Source: the human T2T-CHM13v2.0 reference genome, Homo sapiens
Assembly (NCBI RefSeq): GCF_009914755.1
Contig: NC_060926.1
Length of the DNA: 64,000 nt
Reading direction: 5' to 3' (one strand)
The translations under genes were made by a program, and so were the position numbers. Each line of letters starts with the position of its first letter. The stretch's first letter is position 1. Shown piece by piece: positions 13,191 through 30,300 of this stretch. The notes below the pieces were generated by a model that was not told the DNA's origin, searched no databases, and saw only the letters and a list, made by a program, of their open reading frames with translations.

Positions 13191-14439
13191 TTGAAAGTCA
13201 GCTGTTCCTTTCAGGTAGACCCATGACAACACTAATGTTTAAAGCTTTTCATTTGCACTAGGGTTTTGATAACATACCCTGTAAAAAACGTAAAGAGTCG
13301 AAAGTCGGCCGGCTTTTTGGCTCAAGGTGTGGAAATTTTCTCAGGAGAGGCACAGCACTAAGGTCTAATTAGGGTATAAAATGCTCACAAACAACTGGAA
13401 AGTGGCTGCTAAAAATATCAATAACTTGCAGGGTTTCACCACCCTTGCCTACAGCATATGCATGATCATTTATGATAGTGATTTCATCCATCATTTTTGG
13501 TGGATTCTCTTAGTTTTCCTCTTTATTATTCTCTTCAAGGCACTGTGTAGAACAATTTAACTGCAATAGTTCAAACCCTTCACAGTACTGATCTGAGAAA
13601 CACACTAACCTGGCTCCATTTTCGTTTATGAATAAAATGAACTCTAGTATCAAGATGCACCTTGTTCATGGTTATACGTATAACAAAAGATAAAACTAGA
13701 ATTTAAAAATGAGACAACTCCAGAACTCATGCTGTGAAGTACCTCATTATAATTCCCCCAGGGGTTTTAAATTATGTTGCATGGCATATATTAAAAGATG
13801 TGTCATTTATAATCTTTATTTACATTTTAATAAGTTTTATGTAGTTTTAATTTTTTCTATTGAAATATTTTAAACAATTAAAATAAGATTCCTTACATAT
13901 TGGGTCCTAAGCTTTAGAATTGGTTCTAGAAATAATTCATTTGGCCTTTAATAAAGAATAAATGGATACTACACTTTACATCTAATACTATTGTCGTTTT
14001 TAACATTTTTTTAAATCTCAATAATGTATCTGCATCTACTTCCAGGATTAAACTCCCCAGAGTTTACCCTTACTTCCAAGCCTTATTTCTGCCCCCTCAA
14101 AAGAGACATGTAGAAAGGATAAAGTTGGGAGAAGTTTGTTTGTCTGGCAAGTCAAGTGATCCAAGACGAGAAAGAGACCAGGTGGAGAAGGACAAAGAAA
14201 CAATTGAGTGAGCTTGGCCAGCTACAGATGGATAGAATCCAAGGACTGGTGTGCCAGCAATAGCATTGTACTCTTGGACACAAATGTGCATGCCCAGGCC
14301 TCTGAGTTTCAGTCACCCCCTCACTGCCAGTGGGTAGAATGGCTAAATATATTCCAGTATGCTAAGAAACAAATGATGTAATTGTCTAAATGAGTCATAC
14401 CACATACTCTAAATGATTATTTTACAATGTAGGTGTTGA

Positions 14440-14680
14440 CTTGAGTCCTGGTTTGAGTCTCTCTGGCATTTACTTATTGAATGATCCTAAGAAAGATACT
14501 TTAATTATCTATACCTATGTCTCTTTATGAGTAAAATGGGGGATCATAATAATGCTTATTTTATTAGGTTGTTGAGGACAGCAAATGAGGTAATACATGC
14601 AAAATATATAAATAAACAGAAAGAGGGCTGGCCTACAGTAAGTGTTCAATATTTCTACCTATAGTTTTTATTAGCTATTT
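14440..14680 (+). mobile_element. MIR
   Basis: ttgagtcctggtttg...gtaaaatgggggatcataataatgcttattttattaggttgttgaggacagcaaatgaggtaatacatgcaaaa...cagtaagtgttcaata. Confidence 0.75.
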
Positions 14681-16019
14681 TTGTCTATTCTAGTCCTGGT
14701 CATAACGTATGAAAAGATAAACCTGGCACAACGCTTGGTGCAAAGATGGTGCTCAGAAAATGTTGATTGAATTAATTTTCTCCTGAGAAATTACTTACCT
14801 ATTTATAAAGATATGAAATTATTTGTATCACAAGAAATCTATGCAGTTAGAAACAATTCATGTATAAACCTGTCCTTATGGGATACTGTTAGAAATATTT
14901 ACTTTGTTAGTCATAGCCAAAACTATTATGTATTTTCAGAAAAATATCATATCGGATAGCCTCTAAGATATATGAGTCTTAAGATTTCCAATAAAAAAAA
15001 CTCTGATGAGCAGGAGAGATTTGGCTCTGTGCTGCATGTTTCCAAAAGAATTCTGAGGTATTTGCCTGACAATTCATTATTAACAGAAATACTTGGCTAA
15101 GACATAATTTGTTATCATTGATAGAACTTTCTTTCAAAGCAGGTCATATAGATTTTAAACCATCCAATCAAGCTCTAAAAAACTGTATTCAATTGTCCTT
15201 TATCTCTCTCACTTTCTCTCTCTTACAATTTTTACCCTCCTACATTACTGTATTGATAGGGACAACAACTAAAATCTCTCAAGAACTAAGAGCGTGGACA
15301 AACTTGGCCTTATAATTTTCACTCCAGTTTTCCAGTTTAGTAAAAAATGATATATTTGAAGTGGTCCCTACACCATACTCCAAACCTTGAGAAATGCACC
15401 CAGCACTTCTGTTTGTTATATAAATATCCTCCCCCTCTACCTGAAAGAGACAGCTTGAGTTTACTTGAATCCACCAGCTCTCCTCTCAGTGATAAGAAGT
15501 GGTGCAAGGCTTGCATATGCTCAGTATCATTCACTAGAGCTGTGAACGCTGACAGGTTTCCCAGCCCCCTTCTTCCCTCAGTTGCCAGCCGAGTTGAGGT
15601 TGCCAGTGTCTTTTGCTGTTTCACAAGTCTTTCTTACACTCATTCTTTTCCCAAGAAGGCATTATATTTCATGAAAGAAGCCTGGTCTTGCAGCCAGTAA
15701 TGAGAATATAAAAGGAGAAAATATCAGTGTTCTTGCTTTATTAGAAATAAACTAATAAGAAAAGGGATGTATCAGTAGTGGTGGTAAGCGTTCACTACTC
15801 CAGAGTTGAGCTAAGGAAATTCCTCTGTTATCACATTTGCAATCCCTTAGACCAAGGCCTGATCTCATCTCTCAAATTAGGATATCAGATTAGGTGATCC
15901 GTTGAGACTTTTCCCATTCAAAAGTAACACTAATTTAGAAATTAAACCAAACATTGGAATTTTCAGGGAGAAGACAAGTTTTCTAGATAGATCAGCATGC
16001 AAAAGTATTCAGTCAAGTA

Positions 16020-16125
16020 ACTTCATTTTATAGAGAATAAAACTAAAATACACAAAGGTTAAGTGTGACAGACCCAGGTTTGGAACTTAGATTATCTAAT
16101 TTCCAATATACTGTTCTTTCCATAA
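16020..16125 (-). mobile_element. MIR fragment
   Basis: ttcattttatagagaataaaactaaaatacacaaaggttaagtg. Confidence 0.5.
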
Positions 16126-17061
16126 AATCTCATCAAAGTTTTCAAGTTTTTAATTTCCAATAGAATATAGCCAGGCATCTTCTGGTAGCTTGTGGAGGAT
16201 AATTTAACATTAAGAAAACACCTTGAAATCATTTGTATTGACTTTCTGACTTTCCGTTTGTGGAATTCATCCTGTACTCAGATCTTCAAACATTCAATCT
16301 GACTATTATAGGCTTTTTTTCTTGTGGGAATGGTTTATTTCACTCTATCAGAATGCCTATATAAGAGAGGATAGAGTAGAGATGTCCAACCTCACTGTTT
16401 ATATGTATAATACCTGCCTCTTAAGATAAAGTCATATAAATTTTTACCTCTGGATAACATCTTAAATAAATGCACACAGATACTGATTATATTTTGAAAT
16501 GGATTTTCTGTCCATTTGCCTCCAAATTTTAATAACTCATTCAAGGTATTTATTCACATGATTCTATCCCATGATACATTCACTTCTGCAATTGTAACTC
16601 AAAGATTTTTCTTTAGTGTCTCCAATTTAGGAAGTCTAAAATGAAAGTTTTTTTCCTAGACTTTTATCCTGGGCATCTAGGCTGAACTAAAATCCCTGAT
16701 ATGAATGGAATCATCAGAGATAGTTCCTATGGTTTCTTAGGGAAATCAAGATATCTTTGTCCAACTTTTCCTATGTGCAGATCATGCAATTCAGGCAGGG
16801 AACCAATCTTTAGAAACTATACCCAGTTTAGAGCTGTAGATCATGAATCATTAATTGGTAAGGCAAATTATATTTAGCTATGCATATATTAAGAATGAAA
16901 GTGAGATCATTGAAATTACTCTGGTCAAGAGTAATGAGGTATCAAGTGAGAAGGAGACAAAACCAAATAAATTAAGAAATTATCAAATAAGTGTTAATAC
17001 ACAAATCTATTTTTACTATCTGAGCATGGGGTAAGCCATTCCCTGAGTGGACAAACTATCT

Positions 17062-17250
17062 GCCAGTTGTGGCTATTTTAATGCTATAACAAACAACACT
17101 AAAATCTCAATAACTCACAACAACAAAAAAAGTGTGTTTCTAACTTAAATTTTATGTCTATCATAAGTTGACTCTGACTCTTTTTCTTGTTATCTTACTC
17201 CAGCATTTGGGCTTACAGTGGAGCCCCTATCTAGGACATTCTCAGTCTAA
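17062..17250 (-). mobile_element. Old MaLR LTR fragment (MLT1K/L-like)
   Basis: aatgctataacaaacaacactaaaatctcaataactcacaacaacaaa...ggagcccctatctaggacatt. Confidence 0.5.
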
Positions 17251-17905
17251 GCATAGACTTTACAAAAATAGCATAGAAACATTACTTAGTAAACAAATAG
17301 CTATAGCCCACAGCAAATAACAAAACAGACCCTGAAGATGGAAAAAAATCTTTTTTCCAGAGTTATTAAATTATATAACTCAAATATACAGTTTTTAACA
17401 AAAAATTATGAAACATGCAAAAAATAAGAAAGTATAACCCATTCACAGAAAAACGTTACAGAAACTATCCTTGAGAAAGTAAAGGCTTTGAATTTACTAG
17501 GCAAAGACTTTAAGTTAATTATATTAAATATACTTAAAGAACTAAAGAAAACTATAGACAAAGATCTAGTGGGAAACAGTAGAACAACCAGTAAGCAAAT
17601 ACAAGATATCAGTAAGGAGATGAAAGTTATTAAAAAGTAATCAAACAGAAATTTTAAGCTGAAAAATATAATAAATGAAATGAAAAACTCAGTAGAGGGT
17701 TTTCATAGCAGGTAGAAGAAAAGAATCAGTGAGCTTGAAGAGAGATTACTTGAAATTACTCAGTCTGAAGAGCAGAATAAAAAAGAACGAAGAAAATGAG
17801 CAGTGCCTAAGAGACCTGAAGGGCAGCATCATTGTACAAAGTATATGTAATAGGAATCTCAAATGAGAGGAAAGAGAGAAAGGGGCAGAAAGAGTACTTG
17901 AAGAA

Positions 17906-18205
17906 GGCTGGGCGTGGTGGCTCATGCCTGTAATCCCAGCACTTTGGTAGGCTGAGGTGGGTGGATCACGATGTCAGGAGATCGAGACCATCCTGGCGAA
18001 CACTGTGAAATCCTGTCTCTACTAAAAATACAAAAAGTAGCCGGGCTTGGCGGTGGGTGCTTGTAATCCCAGCTACTTGGGAGGCTGAGGCAGAGAATAG
18101 CTTGAACCCGGGAGGTGGAGGTTGCAGTGAGCCAAGATCGCACCACTGCACTCCAGCATGGGTGACAGAGCAAGACCGTCTCAAAAAAAAAAAAAAAAAA
18201 AAAAA
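17906..18205 (+). mobile_element. Alu, AluSc/Sc8-like
   Basis: Full dimer with A23 tail. Degenerate 16-bp TSD aagagtacttgaagaa / aagaatacttgacgaa. gagatcgagaccatcctgg with an S-type right arm. Confidence 0.93.
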
Positions 18206-18996
18206 GAATACTTGACGAAATAATGGCTGAAAGCTCCTGAAATCTGATAAAAATTTATGACTCCACACATCTCAGAAGCACAATAAAATCAAATAAGGAT
18301 AAACTCAAGAAGATCCACATTGAGACACATTATGATCAATTTGCTTTTAAAAGACAAAGGCAAAGAGATTGTCTTGGAAACAGCAAGAGAGAGGTGACTC
18401 ATTATGCATAAGGGACATTTAATAAGATTAACAGCTGAGTTCTTATTATGAACCGTGGAAGCTAGAATAGAGTGAGTTAACATTTTTAAGCTGCTAAAAG
18501 AAAAAAACTGCCATGAAAGATTTCTATACTAACAATACTCTCCTTCAATATGAAGGGAATAGTAATATTTTTTAGAAGAACAAGAACAAAGTGTGACCCC
18601 CACCAAATATACAGACCCCATATATTTCAAAATACATGAAATACCTAAGTATATAAGCTAAAAGTATACAATCCTTAAAAGAAAACATTGGAATAAATCT
18701 TCATGTTCTTGGATTTGGTAATAGGTTCTTAGGTATGATACCAGAAGCATAAACAACAAAAGAAAAAATAGATGATTTGGACTTCATCAAAATTAAATTT
18801 TTTTTGCAGCAAAGGACATTACAAAGAATGTGAAAAAAAAAAACCACATACGGAATGGGAGAAAATATTTGCAAAGGATATATTGGGTAAGGGTCTAGTA
18901 TCCAGAATATATGCAAAATTCTTACAATTCAATAACAAAACAGGCGATCCAATTTTTAAATGTGTAAAAGACATAGACATTTCTCCAAAGAAGACC

Positions 18997-19600
18997 TAGA
19001 CTTTTTGAGGAATCACCACACTGCTTTCCACAATGTTGTTTTTTTTTTTCATTTGCTTGTTGACAGCATGTATGTATTCTTCCCAGCAATTCCATTACTG
19101 TGTCTATACCCAGAAGGATAGAAAACATTCTACCATGAAGACATATGCACACAAATGTTTACTGAGGCACTATTCACAATAGCAAAGACATGAAATCAAC
19201 TTAAATGCCCCTCAATGATAGATTGCATAAAGAAAATATGGTACATATACACCACAGAATACTATGCAGCCATAAAAAGAATGAGATCATGATTTTTTTT
19301 TGCAGGAATATGAATGGAGCTGGAAGATGAATGGAGCTGGAAGCTATTATCCTTAGAAAACTAATGCATGAACAGAAAACTAAATACCACATATTCTTAC
19401 TTATAAGTGCGAACTAAATGATGAGAACTCATGAACACAAAGAAGGGAACAACAGATACTGATATCTACTTGAAGGTGAAGGGTGGGAAGCAGGAGAGGA
19501 GCAGGAAAAATAACTACTGAGTACTAGGCCTAATACTGAGTTTATCTATATAATTAACTTTTGTGTGAACCCATGAACCTAAAGTAAAAGTTCAGAAAAA
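18997..19600 (+). mobile_element. 5'-truncated, 5'-inverted L1 3' end (L1PA13-16-like) nested in the older L1
   Basis: Antisense L1 piece 18999-19080, then sense ORF2 end and 3'UTR (gatgagaactcatgaacacaaagaagggaacaacaga...aaaataactactgagtactagg). Flanked by aaagaaga on both sides. Confidence 0.8.
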
Positions 19601-20238
19601 GAAGATACACAAATGCCATTAACCACATGAAAATATTCTAAACATTATTTGTCATCAGGTGAAAGAAAAAAAAAACACTATGAGTTACCACTTCACACCC
19701 ACTTTGATGACTAAAACAAAACCAAACAAAACAACACAAAGGAAAATAAGTGTTGGTGGGGATATAGATAAATTAGAACATTTGTACGTTGCTAATGGCA
19801 ATGTAAAATGGTGCAGTTGCTAAAAAAGCAGTTTGATAGTTACTCAAAATACATAATTATTGTATAATCCAGAAGTTTTATTCCTAGGTATATACCCCAA
19901 AGAATTGAAAACAGGTGCTCAACTACTTGTTAATAAATGTTTATAGCAGCATGACTCACCGTAGCAAAAAAGGTGGAAATAAATGTTCATCAACTATTGA
20001 ATGGATGCATAAAATGTGGTACATATACACAATAGAATATTTTCGATCATTAAAATAAATGAAGCAATAATACGTGTTATTATGTACAAGTACCACAAAA
20101 ATATAGAAAGAAGCAATGTTCTTCTTCAAATATGAAGGGGATTATAATATTTTTGAGATGAACAAGAACAAAGTTGGACCCCTACCAAATCTATGGACCC
20201 CATATATTTCAAAATACATGAAATACCTAAATGTATGA

Positions 20239-20554
<316 letters not shown>

Positions 20555-21419
20555 TACAATTCTTAAAAGAAAATATAGAGATAAATCTTCATGTCCTTAG
20601 ATTTAACAGTAGATTCTTAGGTATGATTTTAAATTTTTAAAAATGCAACATTTTACATATTTTATGACATGAAAAATGCTGAACATGCATATTATTAACA
20701 GAATATGTATTAAGATGTTTTGTGTACATATGTGTGTGGGTATATTTGTGTGTGGATGTCCCAATTAGATCCATATAAGATCAGAAATTTTGTTTTGTTT
20801 TAATCTGTTTTGTTCACTACGGTATTCCGAGGACCTGTATCTGGCATTACTATGCATTCAAAACACGTTTTTTGAATTACTGAATACATTTATGAATAGA
20901 TGGAGGATTAACAGATGTACTCCATGGGCCAACACCAAAGTATTACCTCTTGCCGTCTTTCTTTCACTCAGAGGATTAAGGATGATTTTAACTTTCTTAA
21001 ATTTGATTATTTATACTTTTCTAACTTTTAGTTCTTTTAAATAAATATTTATGATTTTGTAATGAAATTTTAACTGCAGCAAGCGTGTTTAAAAAGGAAA
21101 AAGATGACTTTGAAATTGGGTTCCCCAGAACTGACCACCTTCCTGTTTCAATTAAAAAAAAAAAGTATCATTTTCCAGGTCACCATTTTCTTTTTTTTTT
21201 TTTTTAATATTATTATACTACTTTAAGTTTTAGGGTACATGTGCACAATGTGCAGGTTAGTTACATACATATACATGTGCCATGCTGGTGTGCTGCACCC
21301 ACTAACTCGTCATCTAGAATTAGGTATATCTCCCAATGCTATCCCTCCCCCCTCCCCCTACCCCACAACAGTCCCCAGAGTGTGATGTTCCCCTTCCTGT
21401 GTCCATGTGTTCTCATTGT

Positions 21420-25243
<3,824 letters not shown>

Positions 25244-25306
25244 TATGATGTTAGCTGGTTATTTTGCTCGTTAGTTGATGCAGTTTCTTCCTAGTCTCGA
25301 CGATGT

Positions 25307-26323
25307 TTACATTTTGGCATGATTTTGCAGCGGCTGGTACCAGTTGTTCCTTTCCATCTTTAGTGCTTCCTTCAGGAGCTCTTTTAGGGCAGGCCTGGTG
25401 GTGACAAAATCTCTGAGCATTTGCTTGTCTGTAAAGTATTTTATTTCTCCTTCACTTATGAAGCTTAGTTTGGCTGGATATGAAATTCTGGGTTGAAAAT
25501 TCTTTTCTTCAAGAATGTTGAATATTGGCCCCCAGTCTCTTTTGGCTTGTAGAGTTTCTGCCGAGAGATCTGCTGTTAGTCTGATGGGCTTCCCTTTGTG
25601 GGTAACCCGACCTTTCTCTCTGGCTGCCCTTAACATTTTTTCCTTCATTTCAACTTTGGTGAATCTGACAATTATGTGTCTTGGAGTTGCTCTTCTCAAG
25701 GAGTATCTCTGTGGCATTCTCTGTATTTCCTGAATCTGAATGTTGGCCTCCCTTGCTAGATTGGGGAAGTTCTCCTGGATGATATCCTGCAGAGTGTTTT
25801 CCAACTTGGTTCCATTCTCCCTGTCACTTTCAGGTACACCAGTCAGACATAGATTCGGTCTTTTCACATAGTCCCATATTTCTTGGAGGCTTTGCTTGTT
25901 TCTTTTTATTCTTTTTTCTCTAAACTTCCCTTCTTGCTTCATTTCATTCATTTCATCTTCCATTGCTGATACCCTTTCTTCCAGTTGATCGCATCGGCTC
26001 CTGAGGCTTCTGCATTCTTCACGTAGTTCTCCAGCCTTGGTTTTCAGGTCCTTCAGCTCCTTTAGGCACTTCTCTGTATTGGTTATTCTAATTATACATT
26101 CTTCTAAATTTTTTTCAAAGTTTTCAACTTCTTTGCCTTTGGTTTGAATGTCCTCCCGTAGCTCAGAGTAATTTGATCATCTGAAGCCTTCTTCTCTCAG
26201 CTCCTCAAAGTCATTCTCTGTCCAGCTTTGTTCCGTTGCTGGTGAGGAACTGCGTTCCTTTGGAGGAGAAGTGGCACTCTGCTTTTTAGAGTTTGCAGTT
26301 TTTCTGCTCTGTTTTTTCCCCAT
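25307..26323 (-). pseudogene. L1 ORF1 (RNA-binding p40), single nonsense mutation
   Basis: ATG GGG AAA AAA CAG at 26323. 1017 nt (338 codons plus stop) in frame. CGA>TGA at codon 49 (26177-26179). The track ORF 25307-25963 is the C-terminal 218 aa. Confidence 0.95.
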
Positions 26324-27231
26324 CTTTGTGGTTTTATCTACTTTTGGTCTTTGATGATGGTGATGTACAGATGGGTTTTTGGTGTGGATGTCCTTTCTGT
26401 TTGTTAGTTTTCCTTCTAACAGACAGGATCCTCAGCTGCAGGTCTGTTGGAGTACCCGGCCCTGTGAGGTGTCAGTCTGCCCCTGCTTGGGGGTGCCTCC
26501 CAGTTAGGCTGCTCAGGGGTCAGGGGTCAGGGACCCACTTGAGGAGGCAGTCTGCCCATTCTCAGATCTCCAGCTGCGTGCTGGAAGAACCACTGCTTTC
26601 TTCAAAGCTGTCAGACAGGGACATTTAAGACTGCAGAGGTTACTGCTGTCTTTTTGTTTGTCTGTGCCCTGCCCCCAGAGGTGGAGCCTACAGATGCAAG
26701 CAGGCCTCCTTGAGCTGTGGTGGGCTCCACCCAGTTGGAGCTTCCCAGCTGCTTTGTTTACCTAAGCAAGCCTGGGCAATGGCGGGCGCCCCTCCCCCAG
26801 CCTTGCTGCTGCCTTGCAGTTTGATCTCAGACTGCTGTGCTAGCAATCAGGGAGACTCCGTGGGCATAGGACCCTCCGAGCCATGTGCGGGATATAATCT
26901 CCTGGTGCGCTGTTTTTTAACCCCTTCGGAAAAGCGCAGTATTCGGGTGGGAGTGACCCGATTTTCCAGGTGCCGTCTGTCACCCCTTTCTTTGACTAGG
27001 AAAGGGAACTCCCTGACCCCTTGCGCTTCCCGAGTGAGGCAATGCCTCGCCCTGCTTCGGCTCGCACACGGTGTGCACACCCACTGACCTGCGCCCATGG
27101 TCTGGCACTCCCTAGTGAGATGAACCGGGTACCTCAGATGGAAATGCAGAAATCACCCATCTTCTGTGTCACTCACGCTGGGAGCTGTAGACCAGAGCTG
27201 TTCCTATTCGACCATCTTTGCTCCTCCTATC
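26324..27231. promoter_or_regulatory. L1 5'UTR internal sense promoter (minus) and antisense promoter (plus)
   Basis: CpG-richer 5'UTR of the full-length L1. Promoter function is established for the family and not shown for this copy. Confidence 0.7.
26779..27087 (+). CDS. L1 antisense ORF0-like reading frame (102 aa), expression unknown
   Basis: gcaATGg start. MAGAPPPALLLPCSLISDCCASNQGDSVGIGPSEP...RVGVTRFSRC matches the primate L1 ORF0 N-terminus. Confidence 0.6.
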   Translation: MAGAPPPALLLPCSLISDCCASNQGDSVGIGPSEPCAGYNLLVRCFLTPSEKRSIRVGVTRFSRCRLSPLSLTRKGNSLTPCASRVRQCLALLRLAHGVHTH

Positions 27232-27344
27232 CCAGGTCACCATTTTCTCAGAGCACAATGCACGCCAGCCACTTAATTCTAGGGAAAGCCATTGAAAATG
27301 ATTTTGTTAGAATATTGCTTGAAATGTCCTCATGCTTCAATTAT

Positions 27345-30300
27345 TAACCTAAATTGACATATCAGTATCACTCAAACTTTATAGTTTACATGAGGGTGTC
27401 TGTTCCACATTCTATGAGTTTGAAAAAATGTATGATGACATGTATCCACCATTATGGTGTCATACAGTATAGTTTCACTGCTCTACACTTGTAGAATATA
27501 CTTTGCTCAATCTACTTATCCCTGCCTCTTCTTCAGCCCCTAGCAACCAGTGATCATTTTACGGTCTTTTATGTCTTTTCCAGAATGTAACATAGTTGGA
27601 ATCATACAGTACTTAGCCTTTTCGGATTGGTTTTTTTCACTTACTAATGTGTATCCAAGTTTTTTCCATGTCTTTTCATGACTTTATAGCATATTTGTTT
27701 TTAGCACCGAATAATATTCAATTGTATGGATATATCAGTTTATTTATCCATTCAACTACTGAAGGACATCTTGGTTGCTTCCAAGGTTTGGCAGTTATAA
27801 ATAAAGCTGCCATATACATCTTTGTGCAAGTTTTCGTGTGGGTATAAGTTTCCAACTGCTTTGCATAAATACCAAAGAATACACTTCTTAGGTCTTATGG
27901 TAAGAGTATGTATAATTTTGTAAGAAACTACCAAACTGTCTTCTAGAGTTGCTGTACTATTTTGCATTACTACCTGCAGTGAGTGAGAATTACTGTTGCT
28001 CCACATTCTCATCACTACTTGATCGTGTCAGAGTTCTAGGTTTTGGCCATTCTAATAGATTTATAGTGGTATCTCACTGCTGTTTTAATGACTGTCTCTT
28101 TGATGTCAAAGAATGTGGAACATCTTTATGTATATTTATTGGCCATCTGTATATCTTCTTTGATTTAGTGTGTGTTAAGATCTTTGGCCAATTTTAAAAT
28201 CAGATTGTTGGTTTTCTTGTTGAGTTTTAAGAATTCTTTGTATATTTTGAATTTATCCCATATGTCTTGCAAATATTTTCTCCAAGTCTTTGTCTTCTTT
28301 TTATTCTCTTGACAGTGTCTTTTGCAGAGCAGTTTTTTATTTTAATGAAGGCCAGTTCATCCATCTTTTTTTTTTTCATGGATTGCGTTTCTGGTGTAAA
28401 AAGTTGTTACCAAACCCAAGATCATTTTTATTTTCTCCTATGTTAACTTTTAGGAGTTTTAAAGTTTTGTTTTTTACATTTAGGTTTACAGTCCATTTTG
28501 AGTAAATTTTTGTGAAGGATGTCAAGTTTGTTTCCTTTCCCAAAGATCAGTTAACTAAATAGGTGGTGGTTTATTTCTAGACTTTCTGTTCTGTTTCATT
28601 TATCTGTCTCTCCATTACTTAACCAGTGTCATACTTCCTTGTTTACTGTAGTGTTATCATAAATCTTGAAGTTGAATACTGTCAGTCCTCCAACTTTGTT
28701 CTTCTCATATAATATTGTGTTAGTTATTCTCGGTATTTTGCCTTTCTAGATAAACATTAGATAAGTATGTTGCTAACCACAGATAACTTGTTGAAACTTT
28801 GATTGGGATTAAATTAAATATATAAATCAAGATGGGAAGAACTGACATCTTAATAACATTGACTCTTTTAATCCATGAATATAGAATCAATTTATTTATT
28901 TAATTTTTGATTTTTTAAATCAGAGTTCTGTAGTATTTCTTATATAGATCTTATACATACATGATATATTTATATCTAAGCATTGTGATTTTAATTTCAA
29001 ATGCATTATTCATTGCTGCTATATACAAAAGCGATTGACTTTTGTATATTTTTTGTGGTGCAAACTTACTGTAATTATTTCTTAGATTTTGGAGTTTTTT
29101 GTTAACATTTTAATTTTTAATATAGCCAATAAGACATCTGCAAACAAAAAGAGTTTTGTGACTTTCTTTCCAATATGATACCTTTTATTTCCTTTTCATG
29201 TCTTACTGCATTAGCTAGGACTTCCAATATGATGTTGAAAAAGTGTGGCGAGAGGGGCTATACTTGCCTTGCTCCTGATCTTAATGGGGAAGCATCTTCT
29301 TTTTCACTATTAAGTATGCTGTTAACTGTAGATTTTTTGTAAATATTCTTTATCATGTTTAAAAAAAGTTCCACTCTATTTGTAGTTCATTCACTGGATT
29401 TTGTCAAATGTTTTTCTGCATCTATTGCTATGATTCTGTGTTTTTCTTCTTTAACCTGTTGATGTGATAAATTACATTAATTGATTTTTGAATGTTGAGC
29501 CAGACTTGCATACTTGAGCTAAATCCCACTTTGTTGTGGTGTATGTTCTTTTTATGCACTATTAGAGTCAATATGCTAATATTTCATTTAGGGTTTTGCA
29601 TTATATTCATGAGAAATGTTTGTGGTTTTCTTATTATGTCCTTATCTTATTTTGATACTAGGGTAATGGAGGCCTTATAGAATAAGTTAGGAAGTATCCA
29701 CTCTGCTTTTAACTTCTGAAAGAGATTTTATAGAATTAGTATAACTTATTTCCCAAATGTCTGGGAGAATTCACCAGTGAACTTATAGAAGGTTACTATT
29801 TTGAAAGCTTATTATCTATCGATTTAACTTTTACTAGGTACAGCCTATTCAGGTTGTCTGCTTGTTCTTAAGTGAGTTTTGACAGATTATGTCATTAAAG
29901 GAATTGATCTGCTTTATCTGGGTTATCAAATTTGTGGGTATGAAGTTTTTATTATCCTTTTAGTGCCCAGGGTATCTGCAATCATATTTTCTTCTTTCAT
30001 TATCTGACATGAGTTATTAGGAACCTCTCTTTTTCTTAGTTTGCCTGGCTTGTCAATTTTTTTTATCTTTACTAAAATCCAGGTTTTCATTTCATTAATA
30101 TTTATATTGATTTTCTGTTATAATTTATATTGATATTTGCTCTTTTTATTATTTATTCTGCTTATTTTGTATTTATTTTTTCTAGCATTTTTAAGGTAAA
30201 AGCTTATATTATTAATTTTACATATTTTCTCTTTTCTAATATGAACTTTCAGTATTATGAATTTCTCTCTAAACACTGCTTTTGCTGCATTCAACACATT

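Larger units (their letters stand above)
17270..20115 (+). mobile_element. Old LINE-1 (L1M/L1MB-like), internally deleted: ORF1 region joined directly to ORF2 3' end and 3'UTR; interrupted by an Alu and a younger L1
   Basis: A-rich ORF1-like sequence (gaagaaagaatcagtgagcttgaagagaga...ataagattaacagctgagttct) to ~18570, then ORF2 C-terminal motifs (ggacttcatcaaaattaaa, gaatgggagaaaatatttgcaaa, ccacttcacacccact, ctaggtatataccccaaagaattgaaaacagg). Confidence 0.8.

Noticed and set aside
15337-15700. Overlapping 117-aa and 95-aa ORFs in unique DNA
   Set aside because: No recognisable homology and no convincing splice boundaries; compatible with chance.
17922-18268. ORFs here and at 20272, 34912, 46711, 46746 and 55028
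   Set aside because: Typical antisense-Alu translations (e.g. [20 protein letters not shown]), not genes.
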